Positions 8,022 to 16,177 of a stretch of DNA of 34,902 bases are shown here, piece by piece (position 1 is the first letter of the stretch; every line of letters starts with the position of its first letter). The stretch spans positions 1 through 34,902 of the forward strand of contig MHEO01000032.1 in assembly GCA_001803875.1 (NCBI GenBank), read 5' to 3'. The DNA comes from Nitrospirae bacterium RIFCSPHIGHO2_01_FULL_66_17 (GTDB taxonomy: Bacteria > Nitrospirota > Nitrospiria > 2-01-FULL-66-17). The position numbers were made by a program, and so were the translations under genes. Below the pieces are notes generated by a model. It made no database searches. It saw only the letters and a list, made by a program, of their open reading frames with translations, and was not told the origin of the DNA.

Positions 8022-11000
8022 ATGAAGAACGGGAATCTCAGGTGGAAGGGTGTGGTGCTAGGGCTGGCGACGCTCCTCAGCGTTGCCGGCCTCGTGTCCA
8101 CGGCGTTCGCCCGGCACGGGGAGGAGAACCTCCTCACGAATCGTATCCCCGAGCCGGCGCCGTACGTGGTGAGCGAAACGACATCGGCTGGCGGAGCGTT
8201 CGGCGCCCCGCACACCGGTGTGCCGTTTGAGCCCCTCTGGACGACCACCAACAATTCGGGGAGCTGTGATGGGTGCCACACCGGGCTCTGGAACCAGTGG
8301 AATGGCGCCATGATGTCGAACGCCTGGCGCGATCCGGGGTGGCGTGGGGCGTTCTTGCTCGTGGCGCGTCTGACGTCGACCGACGGTGATTGCGACATTC
8401 CCAACCCACCGGACGGGACGGCCAAGGCCCAAATCAACCCATTCGGGATTGCCGGTTGTCAGAGCCGGTTCAATGTGACGCCCGGTACCACGACTCCGTT
8501 CCCGGGTGTGACGCCAGCGCTGTACAGTCAAAGCGGGTCGCTGATGGACGACTTCTGCTCGCGGTGCCACATGCCGACCAATTACATCGACGCGACGACG
8601 AACGTTTACGCCGATAATCAGAGCCCGTACGGAGGCGGGACCTCCACCCAGGAGCACGGCCGCATCAGCCCGTCGTATGACCCGACCGCAGTGGGCACGG
8701 CGCAGGCGACGGACCCGGCCAACGGGCTGCTCACGCTGGAGTCTTTCGGGTCGCGCACGTATGTTGACGGCGTGAGCCGCGTGGTCAACAGCAACAGCGG
8801 CAAGGCCGGGATCACCTGCGAGGTCTGCCACACCAATGTGGATTCTCGGTACACTCCCTATCATCTCTATGGTAAATCGGGGACGGAGTACTACCCGGCG
8901 CCCCAGAACACGGGGCGCTATAACCAGGGCTTGACGCCGGCGCAGCAGGACATGCTGACGGTGCCGGACGCGGCGAGCGGCAACCTGGGCTACGCGGTGG
9001 CCGCGGGAGCGTTTCGGCTCTCGCCCCACGCGCTCAACTTCCCTGAACGGTTCGGTCCCTTGTCGTGGAACGATCCGTGCCTGATCCTGCCTGGGAGCTG
9101 CGTGGGCGGGCAAGTGTTGGACTCGTACGTGAGCGACGTGTTCACGGGCGGCACCCGGACGACCAACGTGTACTTTACCCAGGCGAGTCCGCCGGGTCAG
9201 CACGACACGTACTACCAGGTCAAGTTCGAGCGGGCCGAGTTCTGCGCGTCTTGCCACGACGTGACGAATCCGATGACGATCAAGAACCAGTTCGGCTACT
9301 GGACCGGCGGGTTCCCGATCGAGCGGACATACACCGAGTGGAAGAATAGCCGGTACTCCGATCGGCCGGGCAATGCCTATTACGATGCCAATTACAAGCG
9401 GGACTGCGAAACCTGTCATATGCAGCAGAGCTATGGCGAGCCGGGGACCGCGCTTACGTTATACACGGTCGCCGGCAGCGTCGTCACGCCGGATGCGCCG
9501 CTTCTGGAGCCGTCCTGCGATCGGATCACGCACAACCCGGGCTATTCGCACCACTTCGTGGGCGGGAACGGCTACATGACGCGGCTGATCGGCGCGGATA
9601 TCGACGGCGGGGGCACGGTGCAGCCGTACCCGGAGCTCTTGCACACGAGCTTCTCGTCGGCGGATGCCAACAGCCGGTACCACTACGCCCGGTACGATAC
9701 GGTGGGCACGGTAACGGGCGGCACCACCCAGCACGAACGTTTTGCGTGGGATCGCCTGCGTAATGCGGTGACGATGTCGGTGACCGCGCCGGCCTCGGTC
9801 GTGAGACCGGCCACGGAGACGCTGGCCGCGCTGAACGTGACGGTGAAGAACGAAGGCTCGGGGCACAACTTCCCAACCGGCTTCCCGGAGGGCCGAGCGG
9901 CGTGGGTGGCGGTGAAAGCGTGGGATACCAAGAACACGGCCGCGGTCACGGATGACGTGGAGCTGCAGATTCAGGACAGCGCCAACGGGAATCGCCGATC
10001 GCTCGGGGTGGGATATCTGACCGCCGCTTCGATCAAGCCGGACCCGTCGTATCCGTCGACCTGCCCGGATACGGAAGGGGTGACGGGCGGCTGGAAGCTC
10101 CCGGAGGGCGCGATCGATCCGTACGCCTATACGTTCCGGGCGATGGCGACGCTGGACAAGATCTGTCCCACGCTGGATCTGCCCTACGCGACGCCGGTGA
10201 ACCTGGTGGTCAACGCGAACAACATGCCGACGGATGCCGCCGGGGCGGTGATCGATCGGAACAACCCGAACGGCATTCCTCGGTATACGGACACGAATGC
10301 CAACGGGGATGTCTTCGACAACGCGTTCCTGAGGGATACGCGGCTGCAGCCGTGCCGCAACGTCGGATGCACGAACGCGGGCGCGATGGTCAACCTTACA
10401 CGGTATTCGGTCGTGGTGCCGTCGACGATCGTCGGGCCGATCGCGGTCAGTTCGGTCGTCTACTACCAGTCCTTCGAGGGCATCGTGGCCAAGAAGTTCC
10501 TCGGCAACCTCGCCAACACGGACGACGATACCCCTCCGACGCTGGAGCCCTGCGTTCTGAAGGGGCCCTGCGATCGAGTCGCGACCAATGCCGCGTATCG
10601 GCAGGCTCTGCTGTTCGATCCGGTGGTGGTCGAGGGCGCGCCCCCGGTGCCTTCCGAGGTGCGCAACGCGGTGATCCAGGTGACGGCCACGACGGATAAT
10701 GTGGCGCCCCGCGTAATCATCAACAATTGCAAGCCGCCTCGGAAGGGTGGAACGTGCCCGGGGACCAATCTGACCGCCCCGATCCCGGCGAACAAGCACT
10801 GGTCGCCCTCGCCATATGGTGGAACGACGGGCAACTACGCGACGGAAAGCTACGGCGAACTGAGTGTGGCGCACACCCGGATCGTAAAGGTGTCGTTCAG
10901 CGAGCCGGTGCAGGAGTGCGACAATGTCGCAGGGTTGGTCAACTGCGGGCCTCTGTCGGGCAACACGTATTATCTTACCGACAGTGGCGGTGCAGCGCTG

Positions 11001-11207
11001 ACGTTCCTCCAGGATCAGATCGACGACACCACGTGGGGGTTGTTCCCCTACGTGGGGACCGATTCGGCCTTTGTGGGTGGAGGCGGCCACATCATACACA
11101 TTGCGCCGATCCGCAACAGTCGGGCTATCAAGGACTATGCGGGCAACACGCTGTTTGCGGGCCCCGCAACCGGAGGAGAGTACACCTTCGGATTCAAAGC
11201 GCAGTAA
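8022..11207 (+). CDS. Secreted pentaheme c-type cytochrome with large heme-free C-terminal region (paralog 2)
   Basis: SD GAAGGAGGA before ATG 8022. Signal peptide ending TAFA|RHGEE. The same five CxxCH motifs (CDGCH, CSRCH, CEVCH, CASCH, CETCH) at positions equivalent to paralog 1. Collinear with paralog 1 over the full length and ends in the identical AGPATGGEYTFGFKAQ. Confidence 0.85.
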   Translation: MKNGNLRWKGVVLGLATLLSVAGLVSTAFARHGEENLLTNRIPEPAPYVVSETTSAGGAFGAPHTGVPFEPLWTTTNNSGSCDGCHTGLWNQWNGAMMSNAWRDPGWRGAFLLVARLTSTDGDCDIPNPPDGTAKAQINPFGIAGCQSRFNVTPGTTTPFPGVTPALYSQSGSLMDDFCSRCHMPTNYIDATTNVYADNQSPYGGGTSTQEHGRISPSYDPTAVGTAQATDPANGLLTLESFGSRTYVDGVSRVVNSNSGKAGITCEVCHTNVDSRYTPYHLYGKSGTEYYPAPQNTGRYNQGLTPAQQDMLTVPDAASGNLGYAVAAGAFRLSPHALNFPERFGPLSWNDPCLILPGSCVGGQVLDSYVSDVFTGGTRTTNVYFTQASPPGQHDTYYQVKFERAEFCASCHDVTNPMTIKNQFGYWTGGFPIERTYTEWKNSRYSDRPGNAYYDANYKRDCETCHMQQSYGEPGTALTLYTVAGSVVTPDAPLLEPSCDRITHNPGYSHHFVGGNGYMTRLIGADIDGGGTVQPYPELLHTSFSSADANSRYHYARYDTVGTVTGGTTQHERFAWDRLRNAVTMSVTAPASVVRPATETLAALNVTVKNEGSGHNFPTGFPEGRAAWVAVKAWDTKNTAAVTDDVELQIQDSANGNRRSLGVGYLTAASIKPDPSYPSTCPDTEGVTGGWKLPEGAIDPYAYTFRAMATLDKICPTLDLPYATPVNLVVNANNMPTDAAGAVIDRNNPNGIPRYTDTNANGDVFDNAFLRDTRLQPCRNVGCTNAGAMVNLTRYSVVVPSTIVGPIAVSSVVYYQSFEGIVAKKFLGNLANTDDDTPPTLEPCVLKGPCDRVATNAAYRQALLFDPVVVEGAPPVPSEVRNAVIQVTATTDNVAPRVIINNCKPPRKGGTCPGTNLTAPIPANKHWSPSPYGGTTGNYATESYGELSVAHTRIVKVSFSEPVQECDNVAGLVNCGPLSGNTYYLTDSGGAALTFLQDQIDDTTWGLFPYVGTDSAFVGGGGHIIHIAPIRNSRAIKDYAGNTLFAGPATGGEYTFGFKAQ

Positions 11208-11228
11208 GTCGTGACGTAGCTCCATATG

Positions 11229-11264
11229 GAGGGGAGGCGGTTATCGCGCCTCCCCTCTTTTTTC
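11229..11264 (+). terminator. Rho-independent terminator of cytochrome paralog 2
   Basis: GAGGGGAGGCG-GTTATCG-CGCCTCCCCTC followed by TTTTTT. The stem sequence is related to the terminator at 7779. Confidence 0.85.
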
Positions 11265-11372
11265 CTGCCTTGCTTTGGAGGTGGTGTTTTCTTACAATCG
11301 GCGCCGATGAGTTCGGTTCCCCGCCTGGAAGCTGTTCAACGCCGTTCCGACCCGGACGGAAAAGGAGTCATC

Positions 11373-13703
11373 GTGAATCCTCTACTCGCCTTGATGCGGA
11401 ACCCCGGAGCGCTCGCTCTCGGGGTCTTGTGGCTCAGCCTGTCCTCTTCTCCGGCCATGGCCAAGCCCGCCACCCTCGCGTACATCGCGAACGCCGGGAA
11501 CAACCACGTCCAGATCCTCGACGTGGAGACCGGTCAGACGGTGAACAAGCTGTACACGGGCGCCGCCCCGTGGCGGTTGATCGAATCGCCGGACGAGAAG
11601 CGCCTGCTCGTCCAGCACTGGTATTCCGAGACCACGGCGGTGGTCAACCTGGCCACGAACGAGATCGAAGCGGTGCTGCCGACGCGCGGTCCCGGCGTGT
11701 TCACGCCCAAGGGCGACAAGTTCTGGAGCTACTCGTGGCCGGGATCCTTCCTGCAAGGCTACGACGGCAAGACTTTCAAGGCGACCGACCAGCGGCAGAC
11801 CGAGGACCGCAGCGTCTACGATCTCCTGTTCTGGGGGAAAGACCGGCTGTATCTCGGCCAGTACGACCCGATCAGCAAGGTGGGACGCCAGGTGTTCGAC
11901 TTCGTCATGGCCGCGAAGCTCGATGATCCCAAGCACGTGTCGTCCTCGGTCAAAACCGGCACCAGCCCGGCCAAGCTCGTGCTCGACCCGACCGGCGAGT
12001 TTCTCTTGACCGCCAACGTGGACGACCGGGACGTCACAATGATCAACACGAACGGCGCCACCGCCCGCGTCACGCTCGGGGCGGGACCGCGGGATATTCT
12101 GTTCACACAGGGCGGCAAGCGGATGATCGTCATCTGCTGGAAGCCCGGCGCGCGCCGGAGCGAGGTCTTTACCCTCAGCAGCAACTTCAAGGCCCGACCA
12201 TGGCCCGAGGTGAAGGCCGACAAAACGGCCGAAGTCGAGGGCGGGCTCGTCGCCGCGGCGGTTGGGCCCGGCGGGCGGGTGTTTTACGCCCTCGACCGGC
12301 CGGGCAAGCGCCTGGTGACGCTCGACGCCGAGACGTTGAAGGAGTTGAGCAGCGTTCCCGTCGGCGATGAGCCGACGACGTTCGTGATCCGGCAAGTCTC
12401 GCAGCGGGAGCGCAACCGCCTCGCGCGCAAGACCGAGGCGCGGACGCGGCTCGAAGCGGTGATCGCGACCATGAAGTCCCACGGCGCCCCCTATGCCGAC
12501 GTCGCGTTCACCGAGACGATGACGAGCGAGGTGCCGGACGAAGCGAAAGCCGACGGGAAGGGCGAGGCAGAGGCGAAGCCGGCGACCAAGACCGTGACGT
12601 CGACGCTCAAGACGACGATCAATCTCCCCGACTCTGTTCGACACGAGTTTGCCGATGGTGGCGTGCGCTTGGCCCAAGGTGGCCGCGCGATCTCGATTTC
12701 GAGGGATGGGCGATTCCAGAATACCCCGCGGCAGGACCTGGTGTATCTCTTGTATGCGCTGTACGGTCTTCCAACCGAGGAGGTGGTCCGTCATCTCGCC
12801 GGGGATGTGCCGGGGAGTCCCTATCTGCGGAACGGGATCGCGGTCGACATCGTGCGAACCGTCGAGGAAGAGGGCCACAGGTACCACGCGATCGGCGCGA
12901 TGGGCAGCCACGAAACGGTGTCGCAACTCTGGGTGAGTGCCGAGACAGGATTCCCAGTCAGTGTGGTGGAACAGTTTCCGGTGATGCGGCCGAAAAACCC
13001 GCACGCCCAGGACGAAGGGTTCCGTGGTCTCACCGAGACGAGGGTCACGTATCAGAAGGTGGATGGCGGGTACGTGATCCCGGTCAAGCTCAGCCGGTAT
13101 CTGGATGGAAAAGAGGTCGGGTGGGTCGGCGTGTCCGACATCCGGTTCAATCAACATCCGCCGGCCGAGCGATTCGACCTGGCCCGGCTCGGTGGGGTGC
13201 TCAAGGCCGTGCCCAAGAAGGCCGAGCCGGCCAAGGTCTCGGCCCATGAAGGCCCGGGCCTCGCCGTGGCGAGCCAGGGCAACGAGCACGTGGGGACGCC
13301 CTTCGACGAGCACGGGCCCTACAACAGCAACCCTCCGACCTCCGGGCCCCACACGGCGTACCTGACGGAGTGGGGGGTGCACGCCATTCCCATCCCGCCG
13401 GAAACGCAGGTACACAATCTTGAAGACGGCGGCGTGCTGGTGCAATACTCGTGTCCGACCCCGTGCCCCGACCTGGTCAAGCAACTGGAGGCGGCGGCGA
13501 CCAAGCACGACCGCGTGGTTGTGGCCCCGTATCCGTTGGTGGAGTCCCGCATCGTGTTGACGGCGTGGGAGCGGATCGAGACGCTCAATGAGTTCGACGA
13601 CCACCGGATCGGCGCGTTCATCGAGGCATACGCGGGTAAGGACCACCATCCCGCCAAGGGCGAGGGTTCGTCGGACGCCTCTCGGGAGAAGGAGCAAGAA
13701 TGA
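11373..13703 (+). CDS. Secreted fusion protein: YVTN-type beta-propeller, LolA/RseB-like middle domain, C-terminal DUF3105
   Basis: Start placed at GTG 11373 (SD AAAGGAG 5 nt upstream), because the track start at 11226 overlaps the terminator. Signal peptide ...LWLSLSSSPAMA|KP. YVTN-like repeats (LAYIANAGNNHVQILDVETGQ; LVLDPTGEFLLTANVDDRDVTMIN). The middle part ends in a LolA-like pattern (VTYQKVDGGYVIPVKL...VSDIRFNQHPPAERFDL). The C-terminus matches the DUF3105 pattern (SGPHTAY...VHNLEDGGVLVQYSCP...VVAPYP). Confidence 0.7.
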   Translation: MNPLLALMRNPGALALGVLWLSLSSSPAMAKPATLAYIANAGNNHVQILDVETGQTVNKLYTGAAPWRLIESPDEKRLLVQHWYSETTAVVNLATNEIEAVLPTRGPGVFTPKGDKFWSYSWPGSFLQGYDGKTFKATDQRQTEDRSVYDLLFWGKDRLYLGQYDPISKVGRQVFDFVMAAKLDDPKHVSSSVKTGTSPAKLVLDPTGEFLLTANVDDRDVTMINTNGATARVTLGAGPRDILFTQGGKRMIVICWKPGARRSEVFTLSSNFKARPWPEVKADKTAEVEGGLVAAAVGPGGRVFYALDRPGKRLVTLDAETLKELSSVPVGDEPTTFVIRQVSQRERNRLARKTEARTRLEAVIATMKSHGAPYADVAFTETMTSEVPDEAKADGKGEAEAKPATKTVTSTLKTTINLPDSVRHEFADGGVRLAQGGRAISISRDGRFQNTPRQDLVYLLYALYGLPTEEVVRHLAGDVPGSPYLRNGIAVDIVRTVEEEGHRYHAIGAMGSHETVSQLWVSAETGFPVSVVEQFPVMRPKNPHAQDEGFRGLTETRVTYQKVDGGYVIPVKLSRYLDGKEVGWVGVSDIRFNQHPPAERFDLARLGGVLKAVPKKAEPAKVSAHEGPGLAVASQGNEHVGTPFDEHGPYNSNPPTSGPHTAYLTEWGVHAIPIPPETQVHNLEDGGVLVQYSCPTPCPDLVKQLEAAATKHDRVVVAPYPLVESRIVLTAWERIETLNEFDDHRIGAFIEAYAGKDHHPAKGEGSSDASREKEQE

Positions 13704-14383
13704 CGTCGCGTGGTGCCATGATCGGAGCCCTGGTCCTGGGGCTCATCCTTGTCGCCGCTTGCCAGAAAGACGGAGGCGGCGGGTTACCTGAGCCGGTGGG
13801 GGAGAGCGGGATTCCTATCGCGAGCCCCTCGCCGGATAACCAACTCCCGCCGAATCATCCGGCCATTAATAATCCGCCCGGTTCGACGTCGGACCGCGCG
13901 ACCGATCGCCCGCTGCCGGCGGGGACGCGGAATCCCATGGAGGACGTCATCGCCTTCAAGGCCCGCCTCGACAAGAACCCGAAGGACCTAGAGGCGCTCA
14001 TCTCGCTGGGCAACGCTAATATGATGATTTCGCGCTTCGACGCGGCGCAGGATCTGTACACGCGGGCGCTGGCGATCAACCCCAAGGATCTCGACGTGCG
14101 GACGAACCTGGCGATCGCGTACCAATACGGGGGTAAGCCGGATCGGGCGTTCACCGAACTGAACAAGAACCTCGGCTACGACCCCAAGCACGATCCCACG
14201 ATGTACAATCTCGGCTTCCTCTACTACTACGACAAGAAGGATTCCGCCGCGGCGCTGGACATCTGGAAGCGGTGGCTCGCGCTGTATCCCAACGCGCCGG
14301 CGGCCGGGGACGTGAGCAAGCAGATCGCGAAGATCGAAGCGGAGAAGGGGTCCCAGAAGTCGGCCGGCAAACCGGCATCGTGA
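13700..14383 (+). CDS. TPR-repeat lipoprotein
   Basis: ATGA start/stop overlap with the upstream gene. Lipobox LILVAAC. TPR repeats (ALISLGNANMMISRFDAAQDLYTRALAINPKD...). Paralog of 21129..21743. Confidence 0.8.
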   Translation: MTSRGAMIGALVLGLILVAACQKDGGGGLPEPVGESGIPIASPSPDNQLPPNHPAINNPPGSTSDRATDRPLPAGTRNPMEDVIAFKARLDKNPKDLEALISLGNANMMISRFDAAQDLYTRALAINPKDLDVRTNLAIAYQYGGKPDRAFTELNKNLGYDPKHDPTMYNLGFLYYYDKKDSAAALDIWKRWLALYPNAPAAGDVSKQIAKIEAEKGSQKSAGKPAS

Positions 14384-14387
14384 CGAT

Positions 14388-15203
14388 CTACGACACGGAT
14401 TTCGCGCAGCGAAAGCCGAAATCGGGAAATTTGGCGGTCGGCGCCATCGGGAACCGGTAGGCCGCGCGATAGAACTCGGGGAGCGCGTAGTGGCCGACGC
14501 CTCCCCATCCCCCGCCCTTGAGTACCTTGAACGTTCGGCCGAACGGCGCGAACTCGTACGTGCTGTTCGGATGCGGCAGATACCAATCCGACGTCCATTC
14601 CCAGGCGTTGCCGGCCATGTCGTCCACCCCGTAGGGGCTTCGACCCTCCGGGAAGCTCCCGACCTCCACGAGTCCGCCGCGACCGGCGTCGCCGGTGTTG
14701 GCCTTGTGGCCGTCGTAGTCGTTGCCCCACGGGAATTCGCGGCCGTCGGCGCCCCGCGCCGCTTTTTCCCACTCGGCCTCGGTGGGCAGGCGTGTGCCCC
14801 GCCACTCGCAGTAGCGCTGCGCGTCGTGCCAATTGACGCTGGTCACGGGCAACCGGTGCGTCCCGGACGGCGGGCGGCCGTCGACCCAGTGTTTCGGCGA
14901 GGGCCAGCCGGTCGCCGCGACAAACGTGGCGTATGCTCCCTGAGTGACCTCGTGGCGGTCGATCAGAAAGGCGGGGAGCGTGATCGTCTGTCGGGGGTGC
15001 TCGTCCAGATAGAGGGGCTTGGCGAAGCCGAACTCGTGGGTCTTGCCCTCGGCGTCGACGCGATCGCTGCCCATCAGGAACTCGCCGGCCGGGATGGGGA
15101 TCATGTCCTTGTCCTGGGCGCGCAGCGTCCAGATGGCGAGCCATGTTCCCAAACCGACCACCGCGAGGACGGCCGCGGCGAGCAGGGCACGGCGTTTCGT
15201 CAT
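14388..15203 (-). CDS. FGE-sulfatase (SUMF1/DUF323) fold protein, membrane-anchored, lacking the FGE catalytic Cys pair
   Basis: Start moved to ATG 15203 (MTKRRALLAAAVLAVVGLGTWLAIW), because the track N-terminus to 15362 runs through repeat copy A. Contains DRHEVTQGAY, RLPTEAEWEKAARGADGREFPWGN, AGNAWEWTSDWY and FGFRCA. Confidence 0.85.
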   Translation of the reverse strand: MTKRRALLAAAVLAVVGLGTWLAIWTLRAQDKDMIPIPAGEFLMGSDRVDAEGKTHEFGFAKPLYLDEHPRQTITLPAFLIDRHEVTQGAYATFVAATGWPSPKHWVDGRPPSGTHRLPVTSVNWHDAQRYCEWRGTRLPTEAEWEKAARGADGREFPWGNDYDGHKANTGDAGRGGLVEVGSFPEGRSPYGVDDMAGNAWEWTSDWYLPHPNSTYEFAPFGRTFKVLKGGGWGGVGHYALPEFYRAAYRFPMAPTAKFPDFGFRCAKSVS

Positions 15204-15213
15204 AGCCGGGCCA

Positions 15214-15380
15214 CTAGGAGTATGTCCGAGTGTGGGGGCGTTGGAGCCTGTTCTTGCCCCGCAAAGCGGGCCGCGAAACGAGCGCCCGACTTCCCGGCGC
15301 GAGGCTTCGCAAGGTTCGCAGGAATGCGCCGGATGCACAGCGACAACGCAGCAGATGACCACTCATGGACAGGCTCCTAG
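15214..15380 (-). repeat. Palindromic MITE/REP-like intergenic element, copy A (inverted relative to copies C-E)
   Basis: The reverse complement aligns with copies C/D/E: CTAGGAGCCTGTCCATGAgTGGTCATCTGctGCGTTGTCGCT...GAACAGGCTCCAACGCCC...ACTCGGACAtaCTCCTAG. It fills the gap between the two FGE-like genes. Confidence 0.85.
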
Positions 15381-16177
15381 CGGGCGCACCGGAACCCGAT
15401 ATCGCGGAACCGCCGCTCCGGCGGCTGGTAGAAGCGATAGGCGGCGCGGTAAAAGTGCGGGACGGTGTAGTGGCCGGCCGATCCGCCCCAACTGCTGTTG
15501 CGCACGACCCTGAACCGCTCCCCGAACGCGGGACTCGTGTACGTCGATCCGGGGTAGGGCTGATACCAGTCGGCGACCCACTCGGACACGTTGCCGGCCA
15601 TGTCCTCCACGCCGTAGGGGCTCTTGCCCTCGGGGAAGCTGCCCACCGCAGCCAGCCCCGTGCTGCCGATGTTGCCCTTTTTTTCATCGAACGCGTTGCC
15701 CCACGGGTATTCGCGCCCGTCGGTTCCGCGCGCCGCCTTTTCCCACTCGGCCTCGGTCGGCAATCGCTTCCCGGCCCATCGGCAGAACCGATCGGCCTCG
15801 AACCACGTGATCCCCGTTACGGGCCATCGCCCCTGATCGGCCGGGAAGCGTCCGTCGGGCCAGGTGGGCGGGGCGGCCGCGCGGGTGGCGTCGACGAATT
15901 GCCGGTACTGGTCGTTGGTGGTCTCGTACACGTCGATCTGATAGGTCGGCAGGGTGACGGTGCGCTGCGGGTGCTCGTCCAGAAACCACGGCTTCGCGGT
16001 GCCGAACTCGACCCCCTGTTGGGCGGTGTCGGTCTGATCGCTCCCCATGATGAACTCACCCTGGGGGATGGTGACCATCTGTCCGGGGGAAGGAGCCGTT
16101 CCCCGCGCCCCCCCGGACAAGGGATCGCAGCCGACGATGACGATCAGCGCCAGCGGGAGGACCCGGCGCGGATTCAA
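15377..16177 (-). CDS. FGE-sulfatase fold lipoprotein, lacking the FGE catalytic Cys pair
   Basis: Lipobox LIVIVGC. Contains YETTNDQYRQF, RLPTEAEWEKAARGTDGREYPWGN, AGNVSEWVADWY and IGFRCAR. The stop codon TAG (15379..15377) lies inside the terminal CTAG of repeat copy A. Confidence 0.85.
   Translation of the reverse strand: MNPRRVLPLALIVIVGCDPLSGGARGTAPSPGQMVTIPQGEFIMGSDQTDTAQQGVEFGTAKPWFLDEHPQRTVTLPTYQIDVYETTNDQYRQFVDATRAAAPPTWPDGRFPADQGRWPVTGITWFEADRFCRWAGKRLPTEAEWEKAARGTDGREYPWGNAFDEKKGNIGSTGLAAVGSFPEGKSPYGVEDMAGNVSEWVADWYQPYPGSTYTSPAFGERFRVVRNSSWGGSAGHYTVPHFYRAAYRFYQPPERRFRDIGFRCAR

Noticed and set aside
4693-11225. Very long antisense ORFs opposite the cytochrome genes (4693..7350, 8058..9419, 9459..11225, all minus)
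   Set aside because: The products are Arg/Pro/Gly/His-rich low-complexity sequences with no motifs, typical of stop-codon-poor antisense frames in high-GC DNA. The sense frames carry signal peptides, CxxCH motifs, SD sites and terminators.
11226-11372. ATG 11226 as start of the propeller/DUF3105 gene
   Set aside because: It lies inside the stem of the strong terminator of the preceding gene, and the first 49 codons lack a signal peptide. GTG 11373, with an AAAGGAG SD, yields a proper signal peptide.
14381-14390. Convergent stop codons only 4 nt apart (TPR lipoprotein TGA 14381-14383; FGE-like TAG 14390-14388) with no terminator
   Set aside because: The spacing is real and implies transcriptional read-through or collision, but it is a common arrangement in compact genomes. 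I see no additional structure to interpret.
15204-15362. N-terminal extensions and small ORFs translating the repeat element (MVICCVVA... at 15362 and 30689; ...TTPQM.HGQAP...; ...DNAADDHSWTGS...; 25132..25356; 17353..17577)
   Set aside because: The peptide similarity is a by-product of the DNA repeat being read in whichever frame is open. The copies occur in both orientations and differ by frame-breaking indels, and better starts with SD sites lie downstream.
14388-16177. FGE-fold (C-type-lectin-like) genes as diversity-generating retroelement targets
   Set aside because: The window contains no reverse transcriptase, no template repeat matching the gene 3' ends and no adenine-specific variability pattern (no Asn/AAC-rich variable region) at the C-termini.
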